Notes: generated by a model from the sequence alone, not told the origin. A stretch of DNA of 59,563 nt, filler included, from Bipalium vagum (GCA_037834085.1; 3 parts of 3 records of this genome joined end to end with filler, not necessarily neighbours in it); one strand, 5' to 3'; shown: positions 27,890 through 41,391, counted from the whole stretch's first letter. A program made the numbers and translations.

Positions 27890-29339
27890 TATATGATTAT
27901 ATATAAATATAAAATTTGTTAACTGTTAAAATTTTTATTTATTTATTCTAATGGAAAATTTTATAAGTTAATTAGTAAATAAATTTCGTCTAGGTTATTC
28001 TAAATAATCGATGTTTTATTTTGACTAATGATTACAATTTTGATGTCTAACAGTTAAGACCAACAAATAGAAGAAACAAAAAGGTTCTTAATGCAAAATC
28101 CTTATTAACTTGATTTCTGAAATGAACAAGATAATGGTTTGTTGGAGTTAATTACAATAATAGAAAAGAAACCAAACTTTGTAATATTAAAAAAACTAAT
28201 TTTTCAAAATTTCCTGTTTCAATTTGTTGAACCATATTGAGACATAATAAAATCATAGAATGAATTTTTTTTAAATGTCCATCATTAATAAATAATAATA
28301 ATAATAATAATAATAAATATTAAAAATAAATTTTCTATTAAAAAAATATTTTTTTTGACTTTAAATGTAACTTGAAAAAAATTTTCTTAAACTAGAAGCG
28401 GCGCAACTCACAAATCTGAGATAAAAAAAACGTCGAAAACAGTTAGACCTAACTACAACTCAAGATATGTCGATTATCATAGCATCTAAGCTGATTATCA
28501 TCTAATAACATCTAAATGTCACTAATCTTACATAATCATAGACCAATGTTTAATTAATACATTTCCTGCAAACAATGTTCAATGCATCACCTTTAATCAG
28601 AAACATTAATAAAGTAATGTAAAATTGTATTTGTATTATTTGTACACCGGAACTATTAACTGTATATTTTAATTTTATTATCAATTCAAGTCACTTATTT
28701 TAAGACCGGTCTTCAGACCAAATGCGAATTTTCTGATATTAATGTTTAATTGCAAAAAAAAATATTTTTTTAATATATGGTTTATATCAATTATTTTATG
28801 AGAAATTTTTAAATTACTCTAGCAAACAAATTACAATACTCTTTATCGATAAAAAATTTTAAAAAGTTGTAAAGACTCTATGGAGACCAAAAATTTTTTA
28901 TAATTACCACAAAATCATTTTTCTAGTCATAAAAAATTAACAGAAATCAATGCATTAATTGATAACATTAATTAACAAAATGTATAATTGACAATCGATA
29001 AAAAAAATAAAAATGAAATAATAAAGAAATCGATAAAAATTAAAATTAAGAGATCAAAAAATTGATAAATTTCTTAAATCTAATTCTATTACAGTTACAC
29101 ATTATAAACTGTTGAAAATTCTGGAAGCCGACAAAAGAATTCTTGCTATTTTACATTCATCAAGCGAAATGTCCATCATTCTGAAATTCCATTTTTACTT
29201 TCACTTTAGACAGGTATATCTATTTTTCATTTGATGAGTATTTTACCACAATTAATATTTTATGACAATTTCAAATACATATTCGGAAACAAATAAGTTT
29301 AACAATTAAAATATTCTAGTAAAATGAGATTGAAAATTA

Positions 29340-30300
29340 ATTTCTAAGATAAATCAAAGAAATTCATAGACAAGTCTCTGAAATAATTATTTGAGTTGAT
29401 ACATGCTCGGAAGAGGTGCTTAATCTGTTGTCTGTCATCCATTTTGACTAAAATGTGGATAATCATCGTCACTCATCGACTGAGTTCGACTTCAACAATG
29501 AATCTCTTTATTTTTCGCCTACTTTGAAAATGACCAAAGTACCATATATCTTGTAAATTGAAGTCTGGTGAGTATGCAGGTTGTGCAGAAGTCTTACGAC
29601 TTTAGACTGCAGAAATAAATTCATTTCTTTAGAGATATGATGTCTTACATTATCTTGGACCAGTATGCATGATGTCCAGATGAGAGAATTTGCTTCAGAA
29701 AATTTTTGTATCGATTTTCGAAAAAATATCATGCACTGTTGACAGTTTCATGATTTTTCAGGATTTCTGTATAGCATTTAACAATGAATATAACTGCCAC
29801 AATAAAGAGAATCTTCCTGTCAAATGGATTAGACTGTCGTCTTTTGACAATCCTTTACCCAACAACTATGTGTCTGCTTATGCACAGGTGTGCTTAGATA
29901 CATAATTTTCATCCACAAAAAATAATTTTTCGACTATTCTTTTGCCGTAAATATTTAATCCATTTCGATTGGTTTCATTTTTTTGTATTTCTTACTGATT
30001 TTTGGGGGCCACTATGTCCAGTAAGAGTATCAGTTAAGATTCTTCAGACTCTTTCAATTCCTGACAGTAGTTGTAAAATGTACCAGACGTGTTGTCAATA
30101 ACTTGTCATAAATTTGTATGGTTGTCACATCAGGTAACAACTTAATAGAAAACTTAGTTACCTGCTCTTGTGAAAGTGGTATTCCTGACTATTCAAAATT
30201 ACATCTGCATATAAACACTACAAATTTAACAAAAACATGGAATACAACTTAAACTGGTTATTATAGAATGATATTTTTAATATTTGAATAAAGTTTATTA
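29340..30300 (-). mobile_element. Degenerate mariner-like transposon
   Basis: Minus strand: FFVDE-like first Asp region, ILVQDNVRHH, and a frameshifted PAYSPDFN motif. Boundaries are approximate. Confidence 0.65.
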
Positions 30301-30999
30301 AAGTGAGTGGTTAACGTAAGTCTTGATTTTCTAGATGGAGCCAATTAATTGAGTAACATAAAGGAAAATAATATTATGAAAAAAGCAAATTTTGACTCAT
30401 TTTTGACAAAAAAATATTTAGCATATTTAAAAAATTCTCATCAATGATGAGACAAATGGGATAGCTCTGTAAGCTCCTATATAAGAAGTTCGCAGAGCTG
30501 CCTGAGAGAGAAGAGTTTAGAAAAAAAATTGTAGAAAATTTTTAGAGTTATTGAATGATTATTTTGTATTTTTTATAATTCGATACTTTATTTAAATTAT
30601 TTTGATAACGCTGAAAGAAAATCTATTGTTGATAAAGTAATTTTTTATTTTATTGATACCATTGTGTTCTATTGATAAAACAATATTAATAATAAAATAA
30701 TTTTTGATCAGGGTTTTTATTTTTGATTTTGAAGAGAGATTCAATGGAATGATAGTGTGGTATTAGATCGTGAGTGATCGACAGGAACTATACTAAACCA
30801 GAGCGATATTTGGAGAAAAATTATCTGGGAGGTTGCCAAACACTGCGTTTTCATTTAAATCATCCTGGACATATTGGTTTGAATTCAAAGTTCTACTTTT
30901 CACCCCATTATTTTTCTTAACTTTGCACTTTGTAAACTGAAAACAGTTAATACGCAGACCAAGGTATTCATGGAACTATCGTGTTATTCAGAAATACTT

Positions 31000-31915
31000 G
31001 AAGAGTGCAAATTAGGAATTCTTAAATCAACCTCGGTAATAATTGCCAGATATTTATCCTTAGGATAAATGAAATTGTCACATTTGAATGTGTTCATTCA
31101 TATGCCAAAGTGAAAAATCTCGTCGTTATCCAAATGTGTTTCTTAATCCATTGATGATGATTTATGCAATGATCGTCTTAAAATCAAAAAATTGATGAGA
31201 TCTATGAAATTGATAGTGGAATACCAGTTATTCTTGAAATACCTTACACAAATGGAATCTCGGAAAACGTATATATTATATTTTGAAACATGAGTTACAT
31301 GTGAAAATTTTTTTTGGAAAAGGAGTGTCACATTCCTTAACAATGCACCAAAAACCAACGAAAAAGAAATTTCCGAAAGTCTTGATTTTAACCAGAATAA
31401 AACTGAATTAATGAGCTGTTTAAGCAAACTAAGTGTTCCGCCCCAAATCAGCTAAAGAGAATACAGTCAGTGGAAAGAATTATAGTCACGCCAATTATTA
31501 TGTTAACCTAGTCGTTAAGATTTGCATGAAAAGGCTTTGGTTAAAGAAGAAAAACATTTTTCACCAAGACAAAATACCAGCTCACTGAAGTATACGACAA
31601 AGTCGAACTAAGTAAATTAAGAATTGATTTAAAATTCACCATATTTTCCAGATTTGGCTCCCAATAACTTATATCTTCCGAAACCTTAAATAATTCATTG
31701 ACAAGTTTTTTAGGATCAAATGAAGCTATTGTAGAATATTACTTTGGATATCTTCCAGAAATGCACTTTAGTCATAAAATTGAATTAAAGGAGACCTTTA
31801 TAATTCATAGAATATTCTGGTGAAAATACAAAAAATTTAATTTCTGCTTGCAACTGTAACATTAAGAAACAAATTTCACATGTTCAATTAACAAGAGCTT
31901 TTAACTGTCCTTGTA
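31000..31915 (+). mobile_element. Degenerate mariner
   Basis: ILKHELHVK...GVSHSLTMHQK, HQDKIPAH, SPYFPDLAP; terminus cttttaactgtccttg followed by TA. Confidence 0.7.
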
Positions 31916-33571
31916 TAAGATGTTCATTGAAGGAAAAAGATTCCTGTGACATTAAAAAAATTCTTATTTTAAACCAATTGTTTAAGAAACCGTTACAAGA
32001 TAAAAGTACTCAAAAGTTAAAATAAAAATAGTAAATATTTCCAAGAGGATATGAAAAAGCTTTCTTGAATTTCTCTATTTATTTTAAAAAATAAAATTAG
32101 ATCATTGAACATTTATGGAAACTGTTAATGAATTACTCTCAAAATCTGACTTTAAATCCCAAGAGATTTTTCCCACAGATAATCATTAGTTTCAGTCAAT
32201 AAATGTTATACATCATTTAATAATCACCCCATATCACTAGTTTAAAAATATTTCACGTTGATTATTTATTTTATATTATATTTTTCCTATCATGCCAGAA
32301 GAGGAAAAACTGTTTTTTATTGAAATAAATATTTTCAAAAAATTGGAAATTTCTTAGTTTAAATTAGATTTTTGAAATAATAACAAAAGACCGATTCAAA
32401 TATTACTTTGTAAAAATAATAATTAATTTAAGTAAATATTTATCAGTAAAAATATTTCCAATATATATTTCAAAATGTATTTCGGAAATTAATAAATTTA
32501 CTTCTGTAACATATTTTTTCAAGATAAAATTGACTTACATCAATAAAATTTGAAGTCTAGTAAATAATTTTGAATATACATTTAATTTCTTAACAGTTAA
32601 GATTATAGAAATACAAGAATTATTATTATACACTTAGCTTCAACAAGAACACAAAAAATATATATATATATCAAAGTCTATTAAACTGCCGTTAAAACGT
32701 TCATTCATTTTTACGCATCATTAATGAAATTAAACCAACTCATTTATTGACACTTAAGTTATACTATGAACTTAATAATAGACAAAGAATGGTAGTCCTT
32801 TGTAATTATGAACTACTATATCAATATTAAATATGTGAAATCAATTAATTAATTTTTATGAAATATTGAATATATATATATATATATATATTGAACTTAC
32901 CATTAAAATTAACAATAGTACAATAATTCGATTCCAATTGATTATTATTTGAGCTATAAAACTTGAAAACTAATTCGACATTGACGATTTCTGACAATTT
33001 TTCATTTATTCCAAAGCAAATAGCAAAATAGCCACCAATTATTCTCAATTTTGAAAAAATATTTTGTTGACAATACCAAATTCTTTTAAATATTTTCCAA
33101 AGCACGGAATCTTCATCAGAAAAAACATTAAGCCAAATAGCCAGTTTGTAAAATATTTTCTAATCCTAATTTAAACCATAACACATAAATTTGTTATTGA
33201 TTAATTTAATTAGATTCAACATAACTGTATTTTTTGAATTTTTTATTTTACAATTAATTTATAATTAGATAATTAGCCACATTTTTATGAAATTGAGGTA
33301 TTTTTTTTGGGAAAATAAAATAAACCTTAATTTAGAATTGATCATCAAAATTCAAAATATATTTTTAAAAAAATATTTTACTTTGGTTTATACGTAAATA
33401 AAAAGGATAGCCCTTAAAATTGAAATAGGACTTTAAAATTATTGAAAACAGTTAGAGTTTGTTTAAATTCTTTAATTGACATCTATATTACAACTTTATT
33501 TGAAAATATATTTTTTTACTAAAATGCTTAATTTGCATTTATTCTTAAGCATAATCTAATAATATCTAATA

Positions 33572-34394
33572 ATGTTAAGTAAATGTAATGGTATATCAAC
33601 AGTCCCTGTGCCTAAGAATTATGCCTTTAATAATACTGAGCACAATAAAGATAAGAAATATGATCCAACATTCTGTACGATCATTGGACAAAGTTATAAA
33701 GTTGGTAAAAAGATAGGCCAGGGGAATTTTGGAGAACTAAGACTAGGTTTCAATTTTATTATCAAATAATTAATTATATTTAAATAGGAAAGAATATTTA
33801 TACAAATGAATGCGTTGCTATTAAATTAGAAGCCAATAAAGCAAAACCACTTCAGTTGCATTTAGAATATCAGTTTTATAATAAATTAAAACCTGATAAA
33901 ATAGGTAAAATTCTAGATATTTATAATTTGCATGTATCGAACCGTTGTTCTTTTTAGATGGGTTTCCCCAGGTTTATTATTTTGGCACGACAGATACGCA
34001 CAACGCTTTAGTCATGGAACTATTGGGCCTATCGTTAGAAAATTTATTTGATCGATGTGACAGAAAGTTCAGTCTCAAAACCGTCCTGATGATTGCCCTG
34101 CAACTGGTTACAGTTTTACTTCAATTTCATCTTCTTGAATGTTAATATATCCATTATAGATTTCGCGCATTGAGTACGTTCACAGCAAGCATTTGATATA
34201 CCGTGACATTAAACCGGAGAATTTTTTGATTGGTCGACAGTCATTTAATCGACAGAATCTCATTCATATGATCGATTTTGGACTGGCAAAGGAATACATC
34301 GACTCCGTTACCGGGCGCCATATTCCGTTTCGCGAGCATCGGAGTCTGACGGGAACTGCAAGATACATGAGTGTGAATACGCACTTGGGAAAAG
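33572..34394 (+). CDS. CSNK1G: CK1-gamma exons 1-4 (kinase N-lobe to activation segment; introns of 41, 53 and 53 bp)
   Basis: Manual splicing gives a continuous kinase sequence from MLSKCNG to MSVNTHLGK. Confidence 0.95.
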
Positions 34395-37300
34395 GTTTCT
34401 GTTTGATTGTCATCGTTGTCTATATGTTTCGAATTGCTTTCGCATTGCATAACCCGCTATTTTTGACCTCAGATCCGTAATTAAGTTCGTTACGCAACGC
34501 CCAAATTAAGTGAAATCAGATTTAAGATTTCAGTTATCGATTAATTTAGGACAATTTTTTAGGATATGCTTTTTTTTACACAATTGATTATTGATTATTC
34601 CATTCTACCAGAGATTTAGGTGGTCGAAGTAGATTATATAATAAATTCCAAATTTAACTGTCCATTTTATTATTTTAATGATAACTCAGTCATTGTCACG
34701 GTCTTAACTCTAGATTTCTTTGAAGTATCTATGAAGAGACGAGCACCATTGATTTGATTGTTTTGTGTTTGATAATTCTGTTGATCTCTTGTTTCAATCG
34801 ATCGATTAATTTCGTTTTACTTTCTTCAGACGAATCATTCGTTTTTTCAGTGACCGATTTTCTTTGATATTAAAACCTTACTATTGCTATGAAGAGCCCT
34901 GCCTTAACCTCTTTTTAACTGGTTTCATCACGATAATCAAAACTAATAAAGATAAATTTTTGTTTAACAGAATTCAATATTTCCTTTGGTTATTACATCT
35001 AGCAACCTTTAATGATAAGAAATTGGTTTTTGATTACAATTATGCTTCATTTAATTAATCCATTACAATAAGGTATCTAACATCGTTCAAAATGTATTTT
35101 CCTAAATTAACATGATAAATTTGGTTGCATTTATATTTTAGGTATTGATTGATTTCTATTTTCATGTTGATTATTTAGTTGTTTAATTTGTTGAGAAATT
35201 CTTAATGCTTTCATTTCACATTTATCGATCAGTATCTTTATGATCAAAGGTTACTTTTAACTTTTCCATAATTATCGATTTTCCTGATGAACGAACATCA
35301 AAATTGGTTATTTCCTATAAACATTTATAAATGTGTTACGATGATAATACCATTCGATAATCATCAATTAATTATTGATCTTCACACCAAATTTAACAAT
35401 GGGTTGTTAAATTAATTTTCAAAAATTGAAATTATGACAACTTGTACTACCATTTATCGTTGATTTATAAATGCAGAACAAAGTCGTCGTGATGATTTGG
35501 AATCTCTGGGTCATATGCTGCTATATTTTCTTCGCGGTAGTCTTCCTTGGCAAGGATTGCAAACTGAGACGTTAAAGCAGAGATATCAGAAAATCGGGGA
35601 AATCAAAAGATTGACCCCGATCAGTGTTCTGTGTAAAGGCCAACCAGGTAAGTTTTTCAACGCTTTGTTATTTTCTCAATGCTTTATATCGTTTTATCAA
35701 TTCATATTGCTTATCTTTGAATTTGAGAAATCTATTCAAAAATCACTAATTGATAAATAGTAAGCATTGTCAACTGTTTTTTGTTAATCAATCCAGTTGA
35801 AATAATTTAACATGAGTCGACATAATGGAATAAAAATTGATTATTGAAGATTTTGGTTAAATATATTGGGTGGTGATTATTTGAAAATAAATCAATAATT
35901 TTTGTTTTAAATGAAAAAATCTATTTGTTCTTGTTAAAGATAGCACATAATGAATCGGTGATAGGACAAAATGAATCGATGAAAGATAATTGATATCTAT
36001 TGTTTTATTGATTATTGGGAGTTAACATTTAAACTTGAATGATACTGTCTAAAGGGATAGCTGTCTCGTGCTCTATCGGAATTAATACTTTTTTTTAGAA
36101 CTTTTGAGACTTTATTATCAATTTAAACTTATTTTCACAGATACAGATTTAATTGAAAAAAGTAAATTTTTTACTTTTAATCGAAAAAACATTGATTGGT
36201 ACTGTCACTGTGTGACAAGGAAATCTCCATGTATTGTTTAGAAATTCCATACATTCACTCTTAATTTTTATATTTTAAATCGATTAATTAATTTAGTAAT
36301 TAAGTCATTGATTTAACATTATTATTTTTTAAAAAATTAAAAATAATTACTCGATAAGAAAATTCAGAAATGTAGATTATATAAAATTGATCAATTATTG
36401 TCAATAAAGCTATTGATTTATATAAAAAGGAATGAAAGTTTCATATTATATTAATAATAGTATTAATAATAATTATAATTATGATACTATTATAGAATAA
36501 TCTGTCATCCCCGAATAAGAGTTAATGTTGGATCAGAATCGATATTTTACTGATTGGCCAAGAAAAGTAAATAAAATAGAACTTTTGATCGGATTTCCAC
36601 TATGTCTATTTTTGCGAAATTGCCGATTTTGACAAACCCCGCGACTTATGTAGTCTAATTTGATAATATCGTTCCCCAATGTCGTTTTTCAAGAACGTGT
36701 AAATCGATCAAGTTTATTTCGTTTATTTTTTCTCTTTTGCTGCAGTTGCTTTCTCTAATATCTAATATTGACGATGTTGCTGTCGGTTCTGGTGCAGGTT
36801 TTGTTAGAATTCGTTTTTATGATGGATGGAAAAATTGTAATTAAAATCAAGTGTTCTGCTGTGACATTTTCATGAAATAGTTTTTTTGTCGTCATCGTCG
36901 TCTTTGGGCGGAAGAGGGATAACTTTTATTAGCGGTAAATATATACATCTCAGTGATTTGAGAGTATTTATTCGATTTTGCTATGAATAAAGAAATTGGT
37001 GACGACAAAACGATAATTTGAGGTTTTATCACTATTCTGGTCGATCATATTGAACTTAACAATCGAAAAGTAATCGATTTATCCATAATTATTTTAACTA
37101 TATTTTGACTGGTATTAATTTCTAATCTCTTAGTTATTTTTTCCTAATATTAATAGAAAAATATCATTTCTCACAGAAGATATCTCATTTTATTTCATTA
37201 ATTGATTACTTTTGGAGTAGCACAAACAAAAAAATTCAAGTTTCTGAGGACTGGTTTCTGTTTTGTTTGTTCTGAATTTCAAACAATTGAACTAATTGAC

Positions 37301-40300
37301 TTTGGTGTAAATAAGTGAAATTGAAATTATTGTAATCATCGACATCAGAAAATTGTTGATCAAATTGTTGTCAATATTTGTTTTACTATAAATCTATTTT
37401 CGTAAGAAAGTCATTCAAGCTTTTATTGATTCTTTTATCGATTTGTGTGAAATTCGAGATTGTTTTCGTTGATCTCAACATCTACTATTGTTATAATTAT
37501 AGTCATTCGGCTCGTGTCCATCGAAATTGATAATTCTCATAATTTATTTCTGTTAAGTCAATAGTGACATTTTAATGAGAAATATTTTTACATTTAGATT
37601 TTAAAATTTTCTTTTTTCATAATTTATTTCATATCACCTATTAATATTTCATACTTGAGAAATTTTTTCCATTGTTTAGAACTTCTTTTAGAAGTTTGTA
37701 ATAAGCAAGGAACACGTTGTATAGTTAAAAGCTTTCTATTTCTTTTTACTATGGAATTAATTAATGTCATGATAATTGGAGGTGTTTATTTTTATAAATG
37801 GTGTGTTTTGCAGTGCTCCCTTGGAATTTTGTGATTGCTGTTTTTCTAAAGATTTTTGGTTGACAATTTACTGTTTTTCCAGAGGAGTTTGCTGAATATT
37901 TGACGTATACACGTAATTTGGATTTTTACGCAAATCCAGATTACGATCGATTGAAACAACTGTTTATTGGATTAATGAATAAAAAATGTTACAAAAACGA
38001 TTTTCAATTTGACTGGTGCTTGTTAAAGCCAAATCAAACTAAAAAAGTGAGAATATCGATTTTTCAAGTGTTCAATCGGTGACAATTAATTATTTGGTCT
38101 GTTAATTTTCAGAACATTTTAACGGAATCAACGATCAACACGTGCGATATTTTGCCATCGGAATGCGTGAAGATCAACCCTCCCCTACCTCCACCACATC
38201 GACAAAAATCCATAAACCAGACCACTTACAACGGTGGCATTGATCACAATCAGACATTGGCTAAAAACACACAGCTCACTCAAAGTTTCATCAATTCATC
38301 AAACAATCAAAATCTGCCTTCAATTCCCACTTCTAGTCCTCTGTTTTATCGCGAAGAACAGTTCCGGTCCAGCCCAATGTCTCCAAGTTTGTTTTTGCAA
38401 CAGTCAGAACGACGGGAATCATCCGCTTCTCCTTTTATATCGAACCCACCGCCACTACCTCCTCCGCCGCCACCTCACTTCAAAAGCACAGCCCTTGTCA
38501 ATTATTCCTCAACGAAGTCTTTCAACAATGTTACTCAACAAAAGCCGTCACACATATATCAATCTCAAACGCTGGGCAATTGTATCGATTCTTCAGCACC
38601 ATCACATTTGGCAAATTTGCATTCTTTTGTCGAAGTAATTGATTAATTAATTTTATTTTATTAATTCTGTTTTAAGTAATTTATAGTTTAGCTTATTAAT
38701 TTTATGGATAATTTATACATTGATCTATCAATAAAATACTTTTCATGTTATTTTTTATTATTAATTTTCATTACTTATCGATTATTTTAAAAGGTCTATA
38801 AAACACTAAAGTGAATAAAATATCGTTTGTCGTGGGCGATTAATCATCAAAATCGCCTTTAAATAATTAAATAATTTATATTATTAATTCCATTGGACAA
38901 TTTATAAATTGGTAATTTACCAATCGCCTGTTGTGTATTTATATATAATATAATCGATAATTTTATTATGAATTATCGATTAAAATTTATTATAAATCAA
39001 AAATTGATAAGTGAAGGATTTGCACGTGTTTATTAATCAAAATTATTATCATATAAAATAATCTAAGGATGTTTGATTTCGTTTATTTTGTGTAGTTAAT
39101 TTGACAGTTATGCAATCTATTTTGTCAAGAAAATTTAATGTAATTCCTCTTGGTCTCTATCCACCAGTCGCCTTTATAGAAAATTTCTTTTAAAATTGAT
39201 ATTTTCCGGTTTATCGATTGTGATTAAAACATAATTGTGTGCTTGTTTGTGTTTTGACATGTGGCAGATTGATATCGGATGTAAAGCAATGATGTTCTAC
39301 TAATTATGGAAATAAACAAGATCAACTTTGTTCTGTCAACATGTTTGATTTAATGATGAAAACGGTTTTCAGTGAAAAACTTAATGGAAAATTATCGATT
39401 ATTGTTTCTTAAAAACGTTTCAACAATGATGGCAGGACAACGTTTTTCAGTGCGACTTGTAACCTCAGTTGACCTCTGCAAAAGTTATGCGCGATAAAAG
39501 CAAGGAGAGAGAATTTTTCAATAATGACATCGATTATCAATTGCAACAGGTTTTCGAATGGAGAACATTTATCGTCTTGATCACATACGTTTATAGTTGA
39601 GTCATTCTTTCTCTCTCTCTCTCTCTTTCTGTTTCTGTTTCTCTGAATTTTTGTTAGGTTGTAAATACAAAGCGGACGTTGTCCTTTTGGTGCGTCGCGT
39701 TTGCACGCGAATTCGTGTGCACGCAAAAAATTTTCATGAATCCGAAAAATCTCCCGATAATGGATATTTTTCTGTCTGGTGCACTAAGTAATCTTTTAAG
39801 GTTAATTATTTAGTAACCTTTAGCCAATCAGATTACTCAGTTACATAAACTTGGAACGGTTCAAAACAGGTTACAAATAGAATGACTTGAAAATTATTCA
39901 GTGAAACAGAAAGAGAGGAGAGGAGACAGGAAGGCTGTGCGGTTTTGTGTGAAAATATTGATGATATATAAAATATTTTTCTGATTTTTATCGATTTTAC
40001 CCACATCCGAATGTGATGTCTGGTTATTTTTCCAATAATCGAATAAATTTATATCTTGATTTATAACTTCCAGTCCCCATGTGTTTGGAAATCTCAAAAT
40101 CCTTGTAATGATAACCACTGGTCTCACAATTTTCCCCCACCACAAGTAACCGGGGGATATATGAATCAATATTCTTCGTCTAGTGTAGATCAACAGGAAA
40201 TCTCAAATATTGGGTATGTTTTATTCTTTGTTACTATTACTGAATATTGAGTATTAGTATTTTTGATTTTTTTCTATAATCATGATATTAATATTTCGTA

Positions 40301-41391
40301 TCGATTTAATACAGTTTTAATTTTTTATTAAAATATTTTAAAATCAGCTGAAGAGATCATAACAATAATTGATTGTTTTATATTAGCGAATTTATTATTT
40401 GTACATTTCTAAATTGCCTTTAGTAATTAATATTAATATTAATCAGTATTAAAAAATAAGATAAATAATTATCAATAGATAAAATTAAAATTTTAAATCG
40501 ATTATCATTTGTCAAAAAATAAAAAATATTTTTGATCAGCGATTATATTTTTAAATATTCAATAAATCATAAAAATTATCGAACTTGAAAAATGCAACAT
40601 ATGGCACTGGATTATTATTGATCATTGCTTAATAGTTGTTTTTTTTTTTAATATCAATTTGTGGCTTTTTTCTATTTTAAATTGAAAGTATTGGATTTTT
40701 TAATCATGATAGTTAATAAATTTGAATATCCCACGAATTTTCATAAAATTTTTATTTCGAAGGGTAAGTTTTCTTTCAATTTCTAAATTGACAATTAATT
40801 TCTTAAATTTTTAAAAGGTTTGGAAATATTTAAAATTTTTCCAAAGTTTCTTTAATATAAAAAATTATAACGATTTTTACAATTTATTTATCAAATAAAA
40901 AATTATAACGATTTTTACAATTTCTTTATCAAATAAAAAATTGAATCGATTAAAAATTGGCTATGTATCATTGATCGTCGATTTTAAGCTGACTTTATTG
41001 TAATCTATTTATTATTTCTTGTCTTGATTGATTGATTTCTTGTAAATAATCAATAAAATACAGTAAAAGTCGAATTTGAAAAATGCGAACATGACACTTT
41101 GATTGATTTATGATTATTTATGATTGATTATTAATCGATATCTTTTGATATATATTTGGAGGTTTTATCTTTTTAAATAGAAAATATTTATTTGTTTATG
41201 TGATAATAGTCAATAAATTTAAATATCTAAAATGACAGTAATTGAAAAATTTTATCTGAATTATTTTTTAGTCCGTTATTGATTTTTCTCAATTTTGAAA
41301 ACCCCCTTCCTTTCGGTTCAGGTGCTGCAGTTTTTTGTTCAAGAAACCCAAGAAAAAGAAGACAACATTCAACCATATTGGAATCCGTTAG
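33572..41391 (+). CDS. CSNK1G: Casein kinase I gamma (gilgamesh-like), 9-exon gene model
   Basis: Exons 33572-33746, 33788-33904, 33958-34106, 34160-34394, 35477-35647, 37883-38046, 38113-38634, 40074-40213, 41322-41391, all GT-AG and phase-consistent. Motifs: [78 protein letters not shown]. The C-terminal [13 protein letters not shown] matches the CK1-gamma palmitoylation/basic anchor. Confidence 0.92.
35477..35647 (+). CDS. CSNK1G: CK1-gamma exon 5
   Basis: [41 protein letters not shown]...; tgcag acceptor and gtaagt donor. Confidence 0.95.
37883..38634 (+). CDS. CSNK1G: CK1-gamma exons 6-7 (kinase C-terminal end plus Pro/Ser-rich tail; 66-bp intron 38047-38112)
   Basis: [28 protein letters not shown]...FDW, followed by an in-frame exon containing ORF 38152-38646. 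Confidence 0.88.
40074..40213 (+). CDS. CSNK1G: CK1-gamma exon 8 (predicted)
   Basis: ttccag acceptor and GG|gtatgt donor. Open reading SPCVWK...QQEISNIG, phase 0 in and phase 2 out, which links exon 7 to the anchor exon. Confidence 0.65.
40858..40942. repeat. 38-bp tandem duplication (2.2 copies) in CK1-gamma intron 8
   Basis: taaaaaattataacgatttttacaattt(a/c)tttatcaaa occurs twice, with one mismatch. Confidence 0.9.
41322..41391 (+). CDS. CSNK1G: CK1-gamma last exon, membrane anchor
   Basis: Pyrimidine tract plus ttcag, then (G)[22 protein letters not shown], matching the CK1-gamma CCCFFKRRKRK-type tail. Confidence 0.82.

Noticed and set aside
38234-38638. Overlapping 134-aa alternative-frame ORF in CK1-gamma exon 7
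   Set aside because: It has a non-ATG start and no recognisable motif, and long alternative frames are expected in a C-rich low-complexity exon.
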